Below are positions 37,101 to 49,181 of a stretch of DNA of 64,000 bases, piece after piece. Made by a program: the position numbers and the translations under genes. The DNA is taken from assembly GCA_047495785.1 (NCBI GenBank), contig JBLDXI010000004.1, positions 496,001 through 560,000 of the forward strand. The letters run 5' to 3'. Positions within the stretch are counted from its first letter, which is position 1. The number at the start of each line of letters is the position of its first letter. The notes under the pieces were generated by a model that searched no databases, was not told the DNA's origin, and saw nothing but the letters and a program-made list of their open reading frames with translations. Origin of the DNA: Lepidodermella squamata (lineage: Eukaryota; Animalia; Gastrotricha).

Positions 37101-40100
37101 ATGGATAACCGCTATTATTGCCGCCGTTCGGAAGATTGCAATTATTGGACGTTTCGCAAGAGTACTCGGAACAAACACGAGACGGATTTGCACCCAACGC
37201 CTGATGAGCTGGAAACTAAAGCGAAAAGAGCACGCTTGACGGAATTCTTGGATCCCCCGCAAGATGAGAATGCCGAGCCAACAAATCAGCATCAGGCCGA
37301 GGAGCAATCAAACCCACTCAACTTGCGTTTGACACCATCAATTGACGACGAGCTACCGCCTGGGAGCGAACTTCTAGCTTGTCACAAAATAAACCAGAAA
37401 TTGCGTCGTGGCTATTTCGAAATGAAATATCGATTCCACCTACCGCTGAAGGCTATCAGCTACGTATTCGCTCTGATCGCTCAGCTGATCATGATTTTGT
37501 TATGCGTCTTTGTTCCACGCGAAAACGCGTTCACGTATAGCAGCGTGATATTTAAAGGCCTCACGAGTAATTACTACCGAGAAAAAACGATCCAGGTTTG
37601 TGAGAAATATTTATTTCCCTAATTTATTCGAAATTGGTGATTAAATTTATAATTAAATCTGACGTTATATATTTTTTGAATTTTTTTTCCGATTTTATTT
37701 TTTTAAATCCAGATTTTACTTTTTGAATTTTTCAAAGATGATTACATACTTCAACGAAATATTCTGTAAATGGGAAAATAAAAAGTAGAATCAAACTCCC
37801 ATAAAATCCCCGCTAATTTTTTACACGATAAGGTATGTTTTTATTTTTTTACTAGGAAATGCCAAGTACGATAACGATCGAGGAACTTTTCGATGGCAAA
37901 TGGCTTTACTTGGAAGTCACCTCGCAAGTTCGCCAAGCTATGGAAGCCAGCGATAAATTCCGCAATTTGCAGTTGAAAACGAGACTAGTGAGACCTCGAT
38001 TAGGTAATATTTGCGAAATATATTGACTTGCGGAAGAGTAATGAAATTACATAAAAAAATAGCTGCAAATAATAATTCTGAAATATTAGAATTCAAATTA
38101 TTAATTTCAGGTAATTTTGATTGATTTTTCTGCGCTGATTTTTGAGAGTGGAATGAACTTGGTCTCAGTCCGCCATGTTTAGGCGATTCGCTGTGATAAC
38201 TACTCACCACTCTTCACATATTAACCACTTCTTTACACATAACTGACTTTTTCACTACTTCCAACGGCGTTTCATCGCCTGAACACGGCTGGATTGTTCT
38301 GAGTTGTATTCCACGTATTCGTTTAGTTTTAAAATTTTAATGATCGAAGCGCATCAAATCGTAATTTCTTTTGATTCACGGCTTTTTCATTTGTTGATTC
38401 AGATGGGAAAATTTCGTCCGTTTTGGATGGCAGAAAGGTTCAATGGCTGCTCGAGCAAATCGAAGCTGACTATTGCGTTCTCATCATAGTTTATTACGAC
38501 GAATTTGTTGCTGGCTCGGCGATAGGCCCTTTTTTGAAGGGCACGAAGTTGGCGGCCTTTCACTGGTCTTATGTGGAAACACCTGAAGATTTGTCGACGT
38601 CTGATTCAGTCTTCAATTTAGCGCTGGCTAAATCGGCTGACTTGGGAACGGGAGCAGCTAAAACAGCGGGTATTTTCTCATTATTTTCAATTTTTTCAGT
38701 TGTTGAACTCCTGATTAAAATTTCAGCGTTGAACAAAGTCATCGCGAGACTGAATGAAGAAATCAATGAGGAGATTACAAGTCCTGCGTTTCCTGGTACC
38801 GTCCGAATTGTTCCAATTGGAAATGCGGCTGATTCGCCGGCGGCTCATGAAATCGGAGGATTCTTACTCGGTTTCAGCTTGGGCCGTGTACCATGTCGCA
38901 AATGCCTGACGGAAAGAGTCGATTTGGCTTCGACCACATCGAAACCTGAACTTCGAACATCTCAGTCGTGCGAAGACAGCGTCAACTACATCAACAGCAG
39001 CAAAAATGTGACTCAACGGCGCCAACGGTAAAAATTGCTGCTTTCTTTGAACTAAAAAATTTCGAAAATTCCAAACTTTTCAAATTCTCAGTGCGGCTAT
39101 CCAAAATTGATATTAGTATAATAAAAAATGAGAAAAATTTAGAAAAACAAAACTTCCTACGTATTGGGGTTTTTTAATGACTTCAAAAATAACAAATACA
39201 TATGTTTAATTTTTTCTGAGAAAATTCAAGCGTGTCCCATAAGTTTCGCGGCCATTTTTAACTTTGCAATTTCTTGTAGGAAATCCAACGAATTTCTCAA
39301 AATTGAACCTATCGGGAGAATCTTCCTTACTTTATCCGCGATTTTACCGAAGCCCATTCAGAAAGTATTTTCAAATTTGAATTTATGGAAATTCATTCCG
39401 ATTTCGAAAATTTTCCAAAAATTACAAAAAATTCTGTTTCAAATTAGGAAACTTCTTTTCATCAGTTTATCGATTATTTTTGACTAATTTATTCAGTGAA
39501 TTCATTTATTCAGTCCCTATTCAATTTTCCGTATCCGCAAATATTTTTCTGATCAAGATTTCAAAGGATTTTTATATTTTATAGGCAAACTGAGACGGGA
39601 ATGAGCGGAGGCAGATGTGCGTTGTTGGATACGGAATTTTTGGCCGAATTATTTCCAAGCTGCTTATTGTCCGATCTCCTCCATGACGTTGCTGAGGGCA
39701 TTTTTTTGTACAATCTGCTCATGGTTCTAGAAATTCTCAAAAGCGTCTATGGACTCTCAATTCCTGAATTCAATGCGCACATCAAGAAATTTCGTTGGGA
39801 TCGGCTCGCGAAGCACGAAGGAAAGCCTCTTGGCAATTTTAAAATTGATGCGAAGACGAAGAAAATATCTATCAATCTCAGCGGCGCTCAGTTGCGAACC
39901 CTGTGCTACAGGCTGTCATTTCTGCTGAGCAATTTCCCGCTTCGAAATGCTGAAAAGTTTTACAAATCGAAGCATTGGGTTGTTTTCCAGTCCGGCCTCA
40001 GATTGGGCGGCTATTTGTTTTCGCCGCTGTTTTACCCGAATGATTTGCGCGAATTGATGGCTCTTGTCGACGGCTACATCAAAAATCTCGTTTCGTTGTA

Positions 40101-41304
40101 TGGCACAGCGTTCATAAGAACAAAGCACCATTTCATGCGGCACTACGGTGATCAGATCGATGATTTCGGTCCAGCAATGTAAGCCATATACAATTATTTC
40201 AATTTAATTTAATTTAATTGAGAGTACCGTTCGAAGAAATTTCAATTTTTTTCTCAGGTCATTTCACGATAATTTCAATAAATTAAAATAAATATAGGAT
40301 TACAGGATATAGGATTTTAGGATAGTAAATTGAGAAAATTTCATTAGAAAAATCCTACTTAAAATAATAATTTTTGCAGTCTGGAGGTAACCGGTTTTTA
40401 ACACCATTTTCAACTTTTAACTTCTCGACTATTTTGAAAATTAAAAAAAAATCGGAAATACATTTTCAAACTTGATTTAATTTCAAAATAAATTCAAAAT
40501 TACTATCCGCCGTGTAAAAAAATTTTTCGCAACATTAAAGTGTCAAAATAAAACTTCACAAATGAAACCCGAAAATTGAAAAAATGAGCGATTTTTAGAG
40601 CGATTGACTCGTAAATTGCGTAGCTGACCTGAAAAATCACTTTTAAATTTTTCGGAAATTTTTCGGAAATTTAAGAAGGCTGTCCTAACTCATTTTCTTC
40701 ATTGTTTAGATTGCACGCGACTTTCAAGTTTGAGAGGAAATTTCAGGAGCTTAAGCGCTGCGTCAAGTCCTACAAAAATCTCAAATTATCCATGGCCAAC
40801 TATGCTTCTCAACAAACGACGGTCTTCCTCGAGAAGCTTGGCGAAGAGCCTCATATCGATGGTGGCCATGAACTTACACTCGATCAAGTTCATATTGGCG
40901 ATCGGTTCAAGAAGTCTCTCAATCTGCCTGGCCGCCTACATGTTTTTAACGAGTTGAGGTATCAAGGGGCATTCTATGCTGAAGGCATGGCCGTTCTCCT
41001 CAACCCAAGCAGCGACTGGTTCACCGATGATCACCATCCAAAGTTCGCCTTGATTTGTTTAATTCGGAAAATCGCTAGCAACGAAATAGAACTTCTGTTA
41101 AAGCCGTACAATAATATTAATATTACTACTTCTTACTCGAAAAAAATTGGACAATATGAGGTTAAGTATCCTCGTAATGTGACTTTTGTTTTGAAAAATC
41201 CGCGTGACCTTGAGCTGAAGAAAGCTTTCGCCGTGAGGAAATGTGACGGCAAATATTTTGTTATTTGTGATTCAATCCCTACGGGTCAATTCAAAAAAAA
41301 GTAA
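37101..41304 (+). CDS. CACTA/EnSpm transposase (multi-exon)
   Basis: Motifs IVYYDEF..IGP..KLAAF, AADSPAAHEIGGF..CRKC, DLLHDVAEG, KHHFMRHY..I..FGP and KFERKFQELK; N-terminal C2H2-like finger. Confidence 0.85.
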
Positions 41305-42269
41305 CACACGAAGTATAGTAAATGTTCACAATGATGGCTGAATGAAGGTAGTACGAATGGAGAGAATACCGCCCTAATTTTTAGTTAATAGAATGATAGT
41401 TTTTATGTCCTGATATAAATGGCATGAAAATCGAGCTAAAAATATCCTGATTCGCATAAAAGTACACCTGATCCCATCCCTGAACGGGGCAAAATTACTG
41501 TTGAATATCAAGAAAAAATATTATAAATGCAAAGAAAATCTTTCGGGATATTTCATTTTTTTCACTGCTATTTTGATAAAAATAATATGAATTTTCATCT
41601 GGAAATGTGTTATTTACGTCATAGTTTCCTGCTAGAAACAGCAGACTATATGATGTGTTGAGCCCTAGCTAACTCAAGCTCATGATCTATTCCCTTTTTA
41701 TGAATGCTCCCATCCAATTCTGAGATAAAGCTGGGTGGGATTCAATTTATTGAGAATAAGTATATGTTTTTAGTTGATTGGGCCTCACTTTTTGCAGAAT
41801 ATTTTATGGTGGCTTTGTCAAGTGATTTTTTTCAGCGGGCGAGCATATAAGAAACTGAATTTACAGTATCTTTTCTTATGTTTGACTGGTAAACAGCGGT
41901 TCGATTGACCTGATTTTTCGGCGATAAAAAAAGCAACTGAAGCAACTGAAGCAAAAAAGCAACTTCGAATTATACAATTCAGGCAGCCACGTACATTTAT
42001 GTTTGACGAATATTAAGTCGCACCAGTCGTGCCTTCGCATAAAAGTACTTGCGACCAAATTCGTGGCAAACATACAAGTACTATCCCAAAGGCCGAATAG
42101 GGCCTTGACATAAACTAATTCAATCTGGTAATGAGGCACTGTCGCGCCCACACATAAATATACTAGAATGAATTTGTTTATGTCTTAACCCTACTTGATT
42201 TTCTCGTTTTACCTGCGATTGAATATTAAATTTTCTGAGATTTGTTAAACATATTATTGAACCGAACAA

Positions 42270-42956
42270 ATGGCGAGCACGACTCTGCAAGCTAAACTGC
42301 TTAAAATGGCTGAAGACGAGGCAATTTGTGACTTGGTTAAGAAACTCGGATTTTCAGTGGCTTCGATGCTGAGTGACCTGATCTCCATCGAATCTGAAAG
42401 GAAAGACGAAATAATCACGGTAACCAAACAATATCAACAATTTGTTGACGAAGTCAAAGAAGATACTGCTTATGCGGCTGATAACGTGATCGACTCTGTC
42501 AAACAAGCGTCCTATGAGATCAGGAATGGCGGATGCCTGATCACCGCCGTCCACGAGGCCCTTTCCCAACGGGACAGGGCGAACAACATCGTTATCTCCG
42601 GACTGGAAGCGCCAGACGGTAATACCGTCATAGCCTTATCTGACCTGGTTGCAAATCTCGGCATCCTGAACTTCGATGTCAAAGAACGCATAATACGAAC
42701 GAACCTGATCACGAGGGAAAACCAAGATCCTAAAATTATTGTGCAGCTGAAATATGCCTCCGACAAACGTCTGTTTCTGGAAAAAGCCCCCCAACTTCGC
42801 AAAAAAGCTGGGTGGGAGTCTGTGTTCATTAGCAAGGACCTGACCCCTGCTCAAGCTAAGATCGAGTTTGAAAAACGGGAGCACAACAGACGCCAACGAT
42901 CGACTGGTGCGCCGGTAAAGAAAAACCTGGTACCTCCTCAACCGACATCACCTTAG
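42270..42956 (+). CDS. LINE ORF1 (CR1-type)
   Basis: Coiled-coil followed by RANNIVISGLEAP..PKIIVQL..VFISKDLTPAQ, typical of CR1/L2 ORF1. Confidence 0.85.
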   Translation: MASTTLQAKLLKMAEDEAICDLVKKLGFSVASMLSDLISIESERKDEIITVTKQYQQFVDEVKEDTAYAADNVIDSVKQASYEIRNGGCLITAVHEALSQRDRANNIVISGLEAPDGNTVIALSDLVANLGILNFDVKERIIRTNLITRENQDPKIIVQLKYASDKRLFLEKAPQLRKKAGWESVFISKDLTPAQAKIEFEKREHNRRQRSTGAPVKKNLVPPQPTSP

Positions 42957-45803
42957 GAACCTGGCGCCCTGTCCGTTGCTGACAAGAAAAACAGTAATGA
43001 AACTATTAACTTCCCATGCTACTTGATCAACACTAGACAGCTAACAAATCCGTATAAAGTTTCTCTGTTATTACTCAATCTCCTAACTACAAATGTAATC
43101 TTTGCCTTTATAACTGAAACGTGGTACAATGATGATTTCAATTCTTCCTTCTTCGAAAATAATGGATATAAGGTTCATAGAGCTGACAGAACAGACCGAG
43201 AACGTGGTGGATCCATGCTACTCATTCACAAATCTTACGAATCCACCCTTGTAGCACAAACCTCGATTAAAGGATACTGTGAGATTGTTATATGCGACGT
43301 CCTCATTAATGATATAAAGTTACGTCTGTGTTGCACTTATAAATCTCCTAGCGCCGATAACACTGTTACGGAAGAAATGTGTAGCTTTATTGAAGAGCAT
43401 CTAACCGATACTTTGTTTGTACTAGCCGGTGACTTCAACTTTCCGGACATCAAGTGGAATAACCTCACTCACTGTGGCGGAGGGAAAGAACAAATGTTTA
43501 TCAATCTTGTTAATGATATTAATTCCAGTCAACTTGCCACGGAACCAAACGGACCTGAACATAAAAACATTCTTAATCTTATCATTACAAATAACCCTAT
43601 GTCAATCAACAATATTGTTACTGACAAATCATTCGAGCCTACTGATCATTGTACAGTTAAATTTTCTATTAATCTCAGCGGTGTTACATCTCTTAATAAT
43701 GATGACAATAGATACATCGATGACTATCTCAACGCTGACTATGACAAAATATCGAAATTACTTCTGAGTTATGATTGGGACGATCTACTATCAACGTGCA
43801 ATGATGTGAATGAACAATATGCGCTTTTCTTATCAATATATACAGATATTTGTGATAAATGCATTGTAAAAAAACTTGTCAAAAGCAAATACCGTTTACC
43901 ATGGTGCAATCGCGAGCTACATAGATTAGTTAGACGGAGAGACCGAGCCTGGTCGAAGTATACTCGTTGCGGCAAGAAAAATGACGATCTAAATAAATAT
44001 TGCAAAATCTCTCGTAAGACTATAGCTTTAAATAACTCTCTAAGAGAGTCATATGAAACACAACTAGCTAACACTAATAATATGAAAAAACTGTGTAAAT
44101 ATGTGAATAACCATATGAAATTTAAATCTAGAATACCTTCAATACTTGTTGACGGCGAGACTATCTGTGATCCCTTGAAAAAAGCTGAATTATTTGCGAA
44201 GTTCTTCAAATCTCACTTTACTCTTGACGATGGCTGTAAATTAAATGTACAAAACAAACCATGCGTTGTAAATGACTTATATTTCTCAGAACCCTCAATT
44301 ATTGAAGCTCTTAAGAAAATAAAAATAAACTCTCCAGCTGGCCCTGATCTTATAAATCCATACTTTGTTAGCAAAACTGTAAATGCTCTAGCTAAACCTT
44401 TATCTATAATCTTTAACTCTAGCTATTCTTCTGGTTCTGTTCCATTCTTCTGGAAATTAGCCAATGTAACGCCTGTATTTAAAAAAGGCTCACCTAATCT
44501 TGTTGACAATTATAGACCAATTAGCATTACCTCTCTACCTTGCCGTATAATGGAATCAATTATAAGAAAACAATGGATAAGAGTATTACTTTATGAAAAA
44601 ATAATATCCTACGAGCAGTTTGGTTTTATATCTGAAAAATCGTGTGAAACGCAACTATTAGACTGTTTAAATAAATGGTGCGATCTTGTAGACAGAGGAA
44701 TGACACTACACTGTATATACTTCGATCTTTCTAAAGCCTTCGATACGGTCCCACACGCTAAACTTCTCGATGTCTTAAAATCTTTCAATATTAATGAATG
44801 TTTATATAATTGGATATCATCTTTTCTAACAGGACGTAAATTTCGCGTAAAAATACATAATTGCTTCTCTGAATTGTACGATGTGACCAGCGGTGTCCCA
44901 CAAGGGAGTGTCTTGGGCCCCTTGCTATTTTTATTGTATATAAATGACTTACCAAAATATATCAAATTCAGCATCATTCGTCTATTCGCCGATGATATTA
45001 AACTATTTCCTCATACCTCCTTAACTCCTATTGATCAAAGCACCAAACGTTTTAGCTATGAATATATCCAAAGAGACGTTGATAATATTGTAAACTATCT
45101 CAAAGAACGCCAGCTTATTTTGAACCCGGACAAATGTGTTGTTTTGAAAATTAATACTACTGAATGTGTAAATATTGTAATCGGACAAAAATATCTAGAA
45201 TGTGTGGATGAAATTAAAGATCTGGGTGTTATTGTTGACAGCCGTCTGACTTTCTCCAGCCAATGTGCCAAAACTGTTGCTAAAGCCAGAAAAATATGCG
45301 GTATGATTTTACGCTCGTTCCAAACGAAGAAAACTGAAATACTAATGAAAGCCTTTGACATTTATGTGCTACCCATCTTACTCTATTGTAGTACTGTTTG
45401 GTCTCCAAGACTAATTGGCGACCAAAAGTTATTGGAAGGTGTGCAAAAAACGTTTACCTGGCGCGTGATGAAAACGCATGACTACGAAAAAAGACTTCTA
45501 AAACTTAGCCGCTTAACTATTATTCAGCGTCACTTGGTTAGAGATATATGTGTAACTAATGATATATTGAAAGACAATGTTAATCTAGATACGAAATGTT
45601 TTTTCGATGTTAAAAAATCAAACTATGATACACGTAGCCATAAATATTTTCTCCTAATGCGTAAATCTCATCTTGATGTGCTATTTCATTTCTTTAGCTT
45701 TAGAGTTATAAATAATTGGAACAAATTGCCAGCCTTTATTATAGATATTAATGATCGACTAATCTTTAAAAACCATATAAAAAATATTATTACAAAAATA
45801 TAA
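42957..45803 (+). CDS. LINE ORF2: APE endonuclease + reverse transcriptase (CR1 clade)
   Basis: ITETW, GDFN and TDH (APE); NYRPISITS, GVPQGSVLGPLLFLLYINDL and FADD (RT); FFSFRVINNWNKLP C-terminus; (TAAAC)n tail ending at 45950. Confidence 0.95.
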   Translation, partial: EPGALSVADKKNSNETINFPCYLINTRQLTNPYKVSLLLLNLLTTNVIFAFITETWYNDDFNSSFFENNGYKVHRADRTDRERGGSMLLIHKSYESTLVAQTSIKGYCEIVICDVLINDIKLRLCCTYKSPSADNTVTEEMCSFIEEHLTDTLFVLAGDFNFPDIKWNNLTHCGGGKEQMFINLVNDINSSQLATEPNGPEHKNILNLIITNNPMSINNIVTDKSFEPTDHCTVKFSINLSGVTSLNNDDNRYIDDYLNADYDKISKLLLSYDWDDLLSTCNDVNEQYALFLSIYTDICDKCIVKKLVKSKYRLPWCNRELHRLVRRRDRAWSKYTRCGKKNDDLNKYCKISRKTIALNNSLRESYETQLANTNNMKKLCKYVNNHMKFKSRIPSILVDGETICDPLKKAELFAKFFKSHFTLDDGCKLNVQNKPCVVNDLYFSEPSIIEALKKIKINSPAGPDLINPYFVSKTVNALAKPLSIIFNSSYSSGSVPFFWKLANVTPVFKKGSPNLVDNYRPISITSLPCRIMESIIRKQWIRVLLYEKIISYEQFGFISEKSCETQLLDCLNKWCDLVDRGMTLHCIYFDLSKAFDTVPHAKLLDVLKSFNINECLYNWISSFLTGRKFRVKIHNCFSELYDVTSGVPQGSVLGPLLFLLYINDLPKYIKFSIIRLFADDIKLFPHTSLTPIDQSTKRFSYEYIQRDVDNIVNYLKERQLILNPDKCVVLKINTTECVNIVIGQKYLECVDEIKDLGVIVDSRLTFSSQCAKTVAKARKICGMILRSFQTKKTEILMKAFDIYVLPILLYCSTVWSPRLIGDQKLLEGVQKTFTWRVMKTHDYEKRLLKLSRLTIIQRHLVRDICVTNDILKDNVNLDTKCFFDVKKSNYDTRSHKYFLLMRKSHLDVLFHFFSFRVINNWNKLPAFIIDINDRLIFKNHIKNIITKI

Positions 45804-46649
45804 TGTGAGTGGACAGGGCGCATATGTGTCCCTGGCTCCTGATCGACTAATATATAATTTGTTATATATAATTAACTAGTATCTATGTGATAGATACATA
45901 CATATATTCATCATGTTTACGGAGCAAAATAAAACTAAACTAAACTAAACCTGTTGGCTTTTATAAAAATAAGCATTATGAAATAAAAATGAAAAAAATG
46001 ATGAAGTTACATTTTTTTATGAATCGAAATGGAATGAGAGGGGAAAGGCGGGGTAGGGGGCTGGGGGCGATTCTAGCTAATAAACCATGAGCTAATAAGC
46101 TTTTCAGGCCAAACAGCTGTGATAAGCAAGAATTCCACGCCGACCCACCACTCGCTCAGAGCCTAGCTATTTAGCCATTCACGGGTTATTAGCTTCCCTG
46201 AATTTAGCTGAAATAGCTAATTAGGGGGACATAGGAGGGGTTATTAGCACTCTTGGTTCTTGGGTTTATTAGCTAGCTAATAAACTATACTTTTTTCCTA
46301 GTGAAGGCCTTATAAAAACATAATAATATGGCATTTAATCGATTTTTAACAACTTACACTGGCCAGATCATAATGGGACATTGGGATAGATCGTAGGAGT
46401 TCGACCCTACGTAGATCGTGCGATGAAATTAAATATAGATCCAGTCTATATTAGATATTAGACCACCAAAAGATCTTGACGTTTTAGCCACTTTCTCCTG
46501 GCATTGGGATCAAACCCAGTTAAATTTTCAAATTTCGCACTACATTGATTTCAAAGAAATTCCATTTTATTATGGTAATTTCACGAACCTTATTGATTTC
46601 CAAAATAGCAATATCTTTCAACAAATACGCATCACAGTTCATACATTCA

Positions 46650-47269
46650 TCAATCTAGCTCAATTATTTCCTCTCGGGATGAGCTCGGTGAAACTCGACC
46701 ATGCGAAGAAATATCCGAGACCAATGAGCCATTGGGCGAATTGTTTACCTGCGAAACTGACGAGCTTGCCTTCATCGAAGCCCGCCTTCTGTGCTGATAG
46801 GCATGCTTGCTGAGTTGAGACGCATTGTCGAAACGCTGCAAACACGCGAAGCATGTGACGGCAAATTTATCGGAATGGCGAGTTCGAACGTGATAGCGAA
46901 AACCGTTTAGGGAAGAATATGCCCTTCGATTAGGACAATATTCGCAAACGAATCCGAAATTTCGATTTTCTGCATGACTCAAATTGTAGGAGGTGGAAAG
47001 AGGTTTGACCTAAAGATAGTAGAAACACCTATACAAGACACTGGACAAGTATAACTTTTTACCGAAGGTGAATCATTGTAACAGGACGATTTAAATGAGT
47101 TCTCCGCAGCTGAATGGAAAGCTGAAAGCCTATCAGAGCTGGGTACGGCAGAGTTTTGCTTTGGTATAGATAGAGCCCACGGAGCTAGTGTACTAATCGA
47201 TATAATAGTCACTTTAGGAGAGGATCTACTCCGCGATAGGTTCAACGGCTTAGCATCAGTTTCATCCAT
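46650..47269 (-). CDS. Two-finger C2H2 zinc-finger protein, paralog of 32989-33649
   Basis: CEYCPNRRAYSSLNGFRYHVRTRH and CFACLQRFDNASQLSKHAYQH; N-terminal PLNLS; phase-0 intron at ~47011-47062; ends EIIELD*. Confidence 0.82.
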
Positions 47270-48053
47270 TTTCAAAGAGTTATCTGGTTTCTAGAAACAA
47301 TGTAAAAAAATTAACATAAAATTAGAAAATAATAATTATAAAAATAATAATTAGAAATAATTAGAAAATAAAATAATTAGAAACGCTAATAACTGTGAAA
47401 CTTCATGCTATATATGACTTGAAAGGGAAATCGTAAACATTTGGTCCATGAGAAAAATTTGGTGATAAGTTTAGAAATTCTTTTTCGGTTTGTTCACCGC
47501 ACTTGAAGGGAAGATTTAGCGAAGTTAGCGACATTGGCTAGAAACATATTTTAATCGCGTCGCGAGTCGTGAAAAATCAGTTAAGCTGTTGTTTTAATTT
47601 TGTAAAAACGGATGCGATATAATGCTGCTTGCAAGCGTTATTCATTGACGAACACTACGTTTCAGGAAATACAAACGTGTTAAATTGAAACGGCTGGGCA
47701 CGCGATTGCTACGTGGCATAAAATTACAACTGTTTTGATGGCGCAGCGTTTTTTGAACCTGGCCGACCTTTCTAGGCCAAACGCATGCAGTGACCAGCTA
47801 CTGAATTTCACCGAAAATTAATTGTGAGATTGAAAATTATTATAATTTGAGGTACGATCAAAATCCTTTGAATCGAAACACAGTTCGAGTCCAAAGCCAG
47901 CTACAAAAATTCCGTAAAAATTGCCCGGCGTCTTAAATTTATTGAAATCACGTAATTTTTATCATTTATCAATTCATGTTTTTTTAATTATTTTATGGAG
48001 TGCTTGAAATTACTTGCATTTTTTATTTTTATCTTATGTTTCTAAATTTTAAG

Positions 48054-48215
48054 GGTTTAATGATGATAGGCATGTATCAAAATGGCTTGAACCTGAAATG
48101 GGTTGACGGGTCGGGGTACATTTTCGTCGTAGCAAGCTGGTTTACCCGCGATCAATCACTTTGCTGCTTACAAATGATGTATAATGCTGTTCTCAACCGC
48201 TTGGTGCAATGCTGA
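48054..48215 (+). pseudogene. Isolated CTLD exon remnant
   Basis: IGMYQNGLNLKWVDGSGY..W..C aligns with IGLSRQNGVFKWDDGSDF of genes D/E; premature stop. Confidence 0.5.
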
Positions 48216-49181
48216 GTTGCCATAAGCCTTTGGCGAGACGTTATTTCCTGGTTGACTATGATGCTCGCCTAACAAAACTATTCCAATCCGATTCACCAAC
48301 TATTTGTACACGGGTGCCACTACGCGTGCCGTACAGAGGTGACACACCCACCTGCGATTGGTCAAAGAGGCATTATGTAAAAACTATGCATGCTAAGAAC
48401 GCATATGAGCACTCGTTTTACTCCTGAATATTTTTCGAGTGTCCTGCGCTGTTGTCCTGCTATGTAACGCTAGTTTTCAAGACAGCGCCTGAGGGCAAAG
48501 TCGCCGTGACGTACAGAGAAAGTCGAGCCATCCTAAAAGTAACCCTATTTTGGCTAGCAGCCTAGCCCTTAAATATCGCTCAGTCCCTGCGCCAAAAATC
48601 AGGCATACGCGTAATGACCCAGGTATTTTGAAACTCAATATTGGCTAGCTGCCTTGGTAAGCCGTCAAAAAATTAATAACGCAGTGACGTACAGTGAAAT
48701 TTGCTTTGTGACGTACAGATAATTCATGTTTTTCGCTATTAGAATGGAAACGCAGCCAGGTATCAGATTTTTGACGCGCGCAATCGAATCAGCGCACTAA
48801 AATACCCCTAGAAACAGTCATAGACCATAGCACTTTGGATAGTTATCGGGGTAAAATTATTTAGGACGGAACGACGAGACGCAGAGGTTTTTTCGCGCTG
48901 TAGCGTTAAATATTGCGAATTAGACACTCATATTTTTACTGTAGCTAATCCTAATAGCCTGCCGTATGGGCGCAAAAAATATTTGTCCCCGGATGTATTG
49001 TTACGTAACAGCGATTTTACAAAGTGGTCGGACGGAACGACGCGCAGGAATTCATAATTTTGAAAAACTATTTTTCGGCTTCAAATTCTCTGAATCTTCT
49101 GGGCGAAACAGCATGATCATATTTTTACATAGTCTACCAATGAGTAAATAATGAAAAAATGCATTCGGTAAGACCTGATAG

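Larger units (their letters stand above)
34647..46303 (+). mobile_element. CACTA/EnSpm (CMC) DNA transposon, 11.66 kb including nested LINE
   Basis: TIRs CACTAGGAAAAAAGTA / TACTTTTTTCCTAGTG, 2-bp TSD AA, and subterminal TTAGCT/AGCTAA repeats. The joined flanks match an uninterrupted paralogous site at ~29840-29910. Confidence 0.92.

Noticed and set aside
43769-45361. Antisense ORFs within LINE ORF2 and many other short six-frame ORFs
   Set aside because: Shadow frames of real coding regions or intron read-throughs, without independent motifs.
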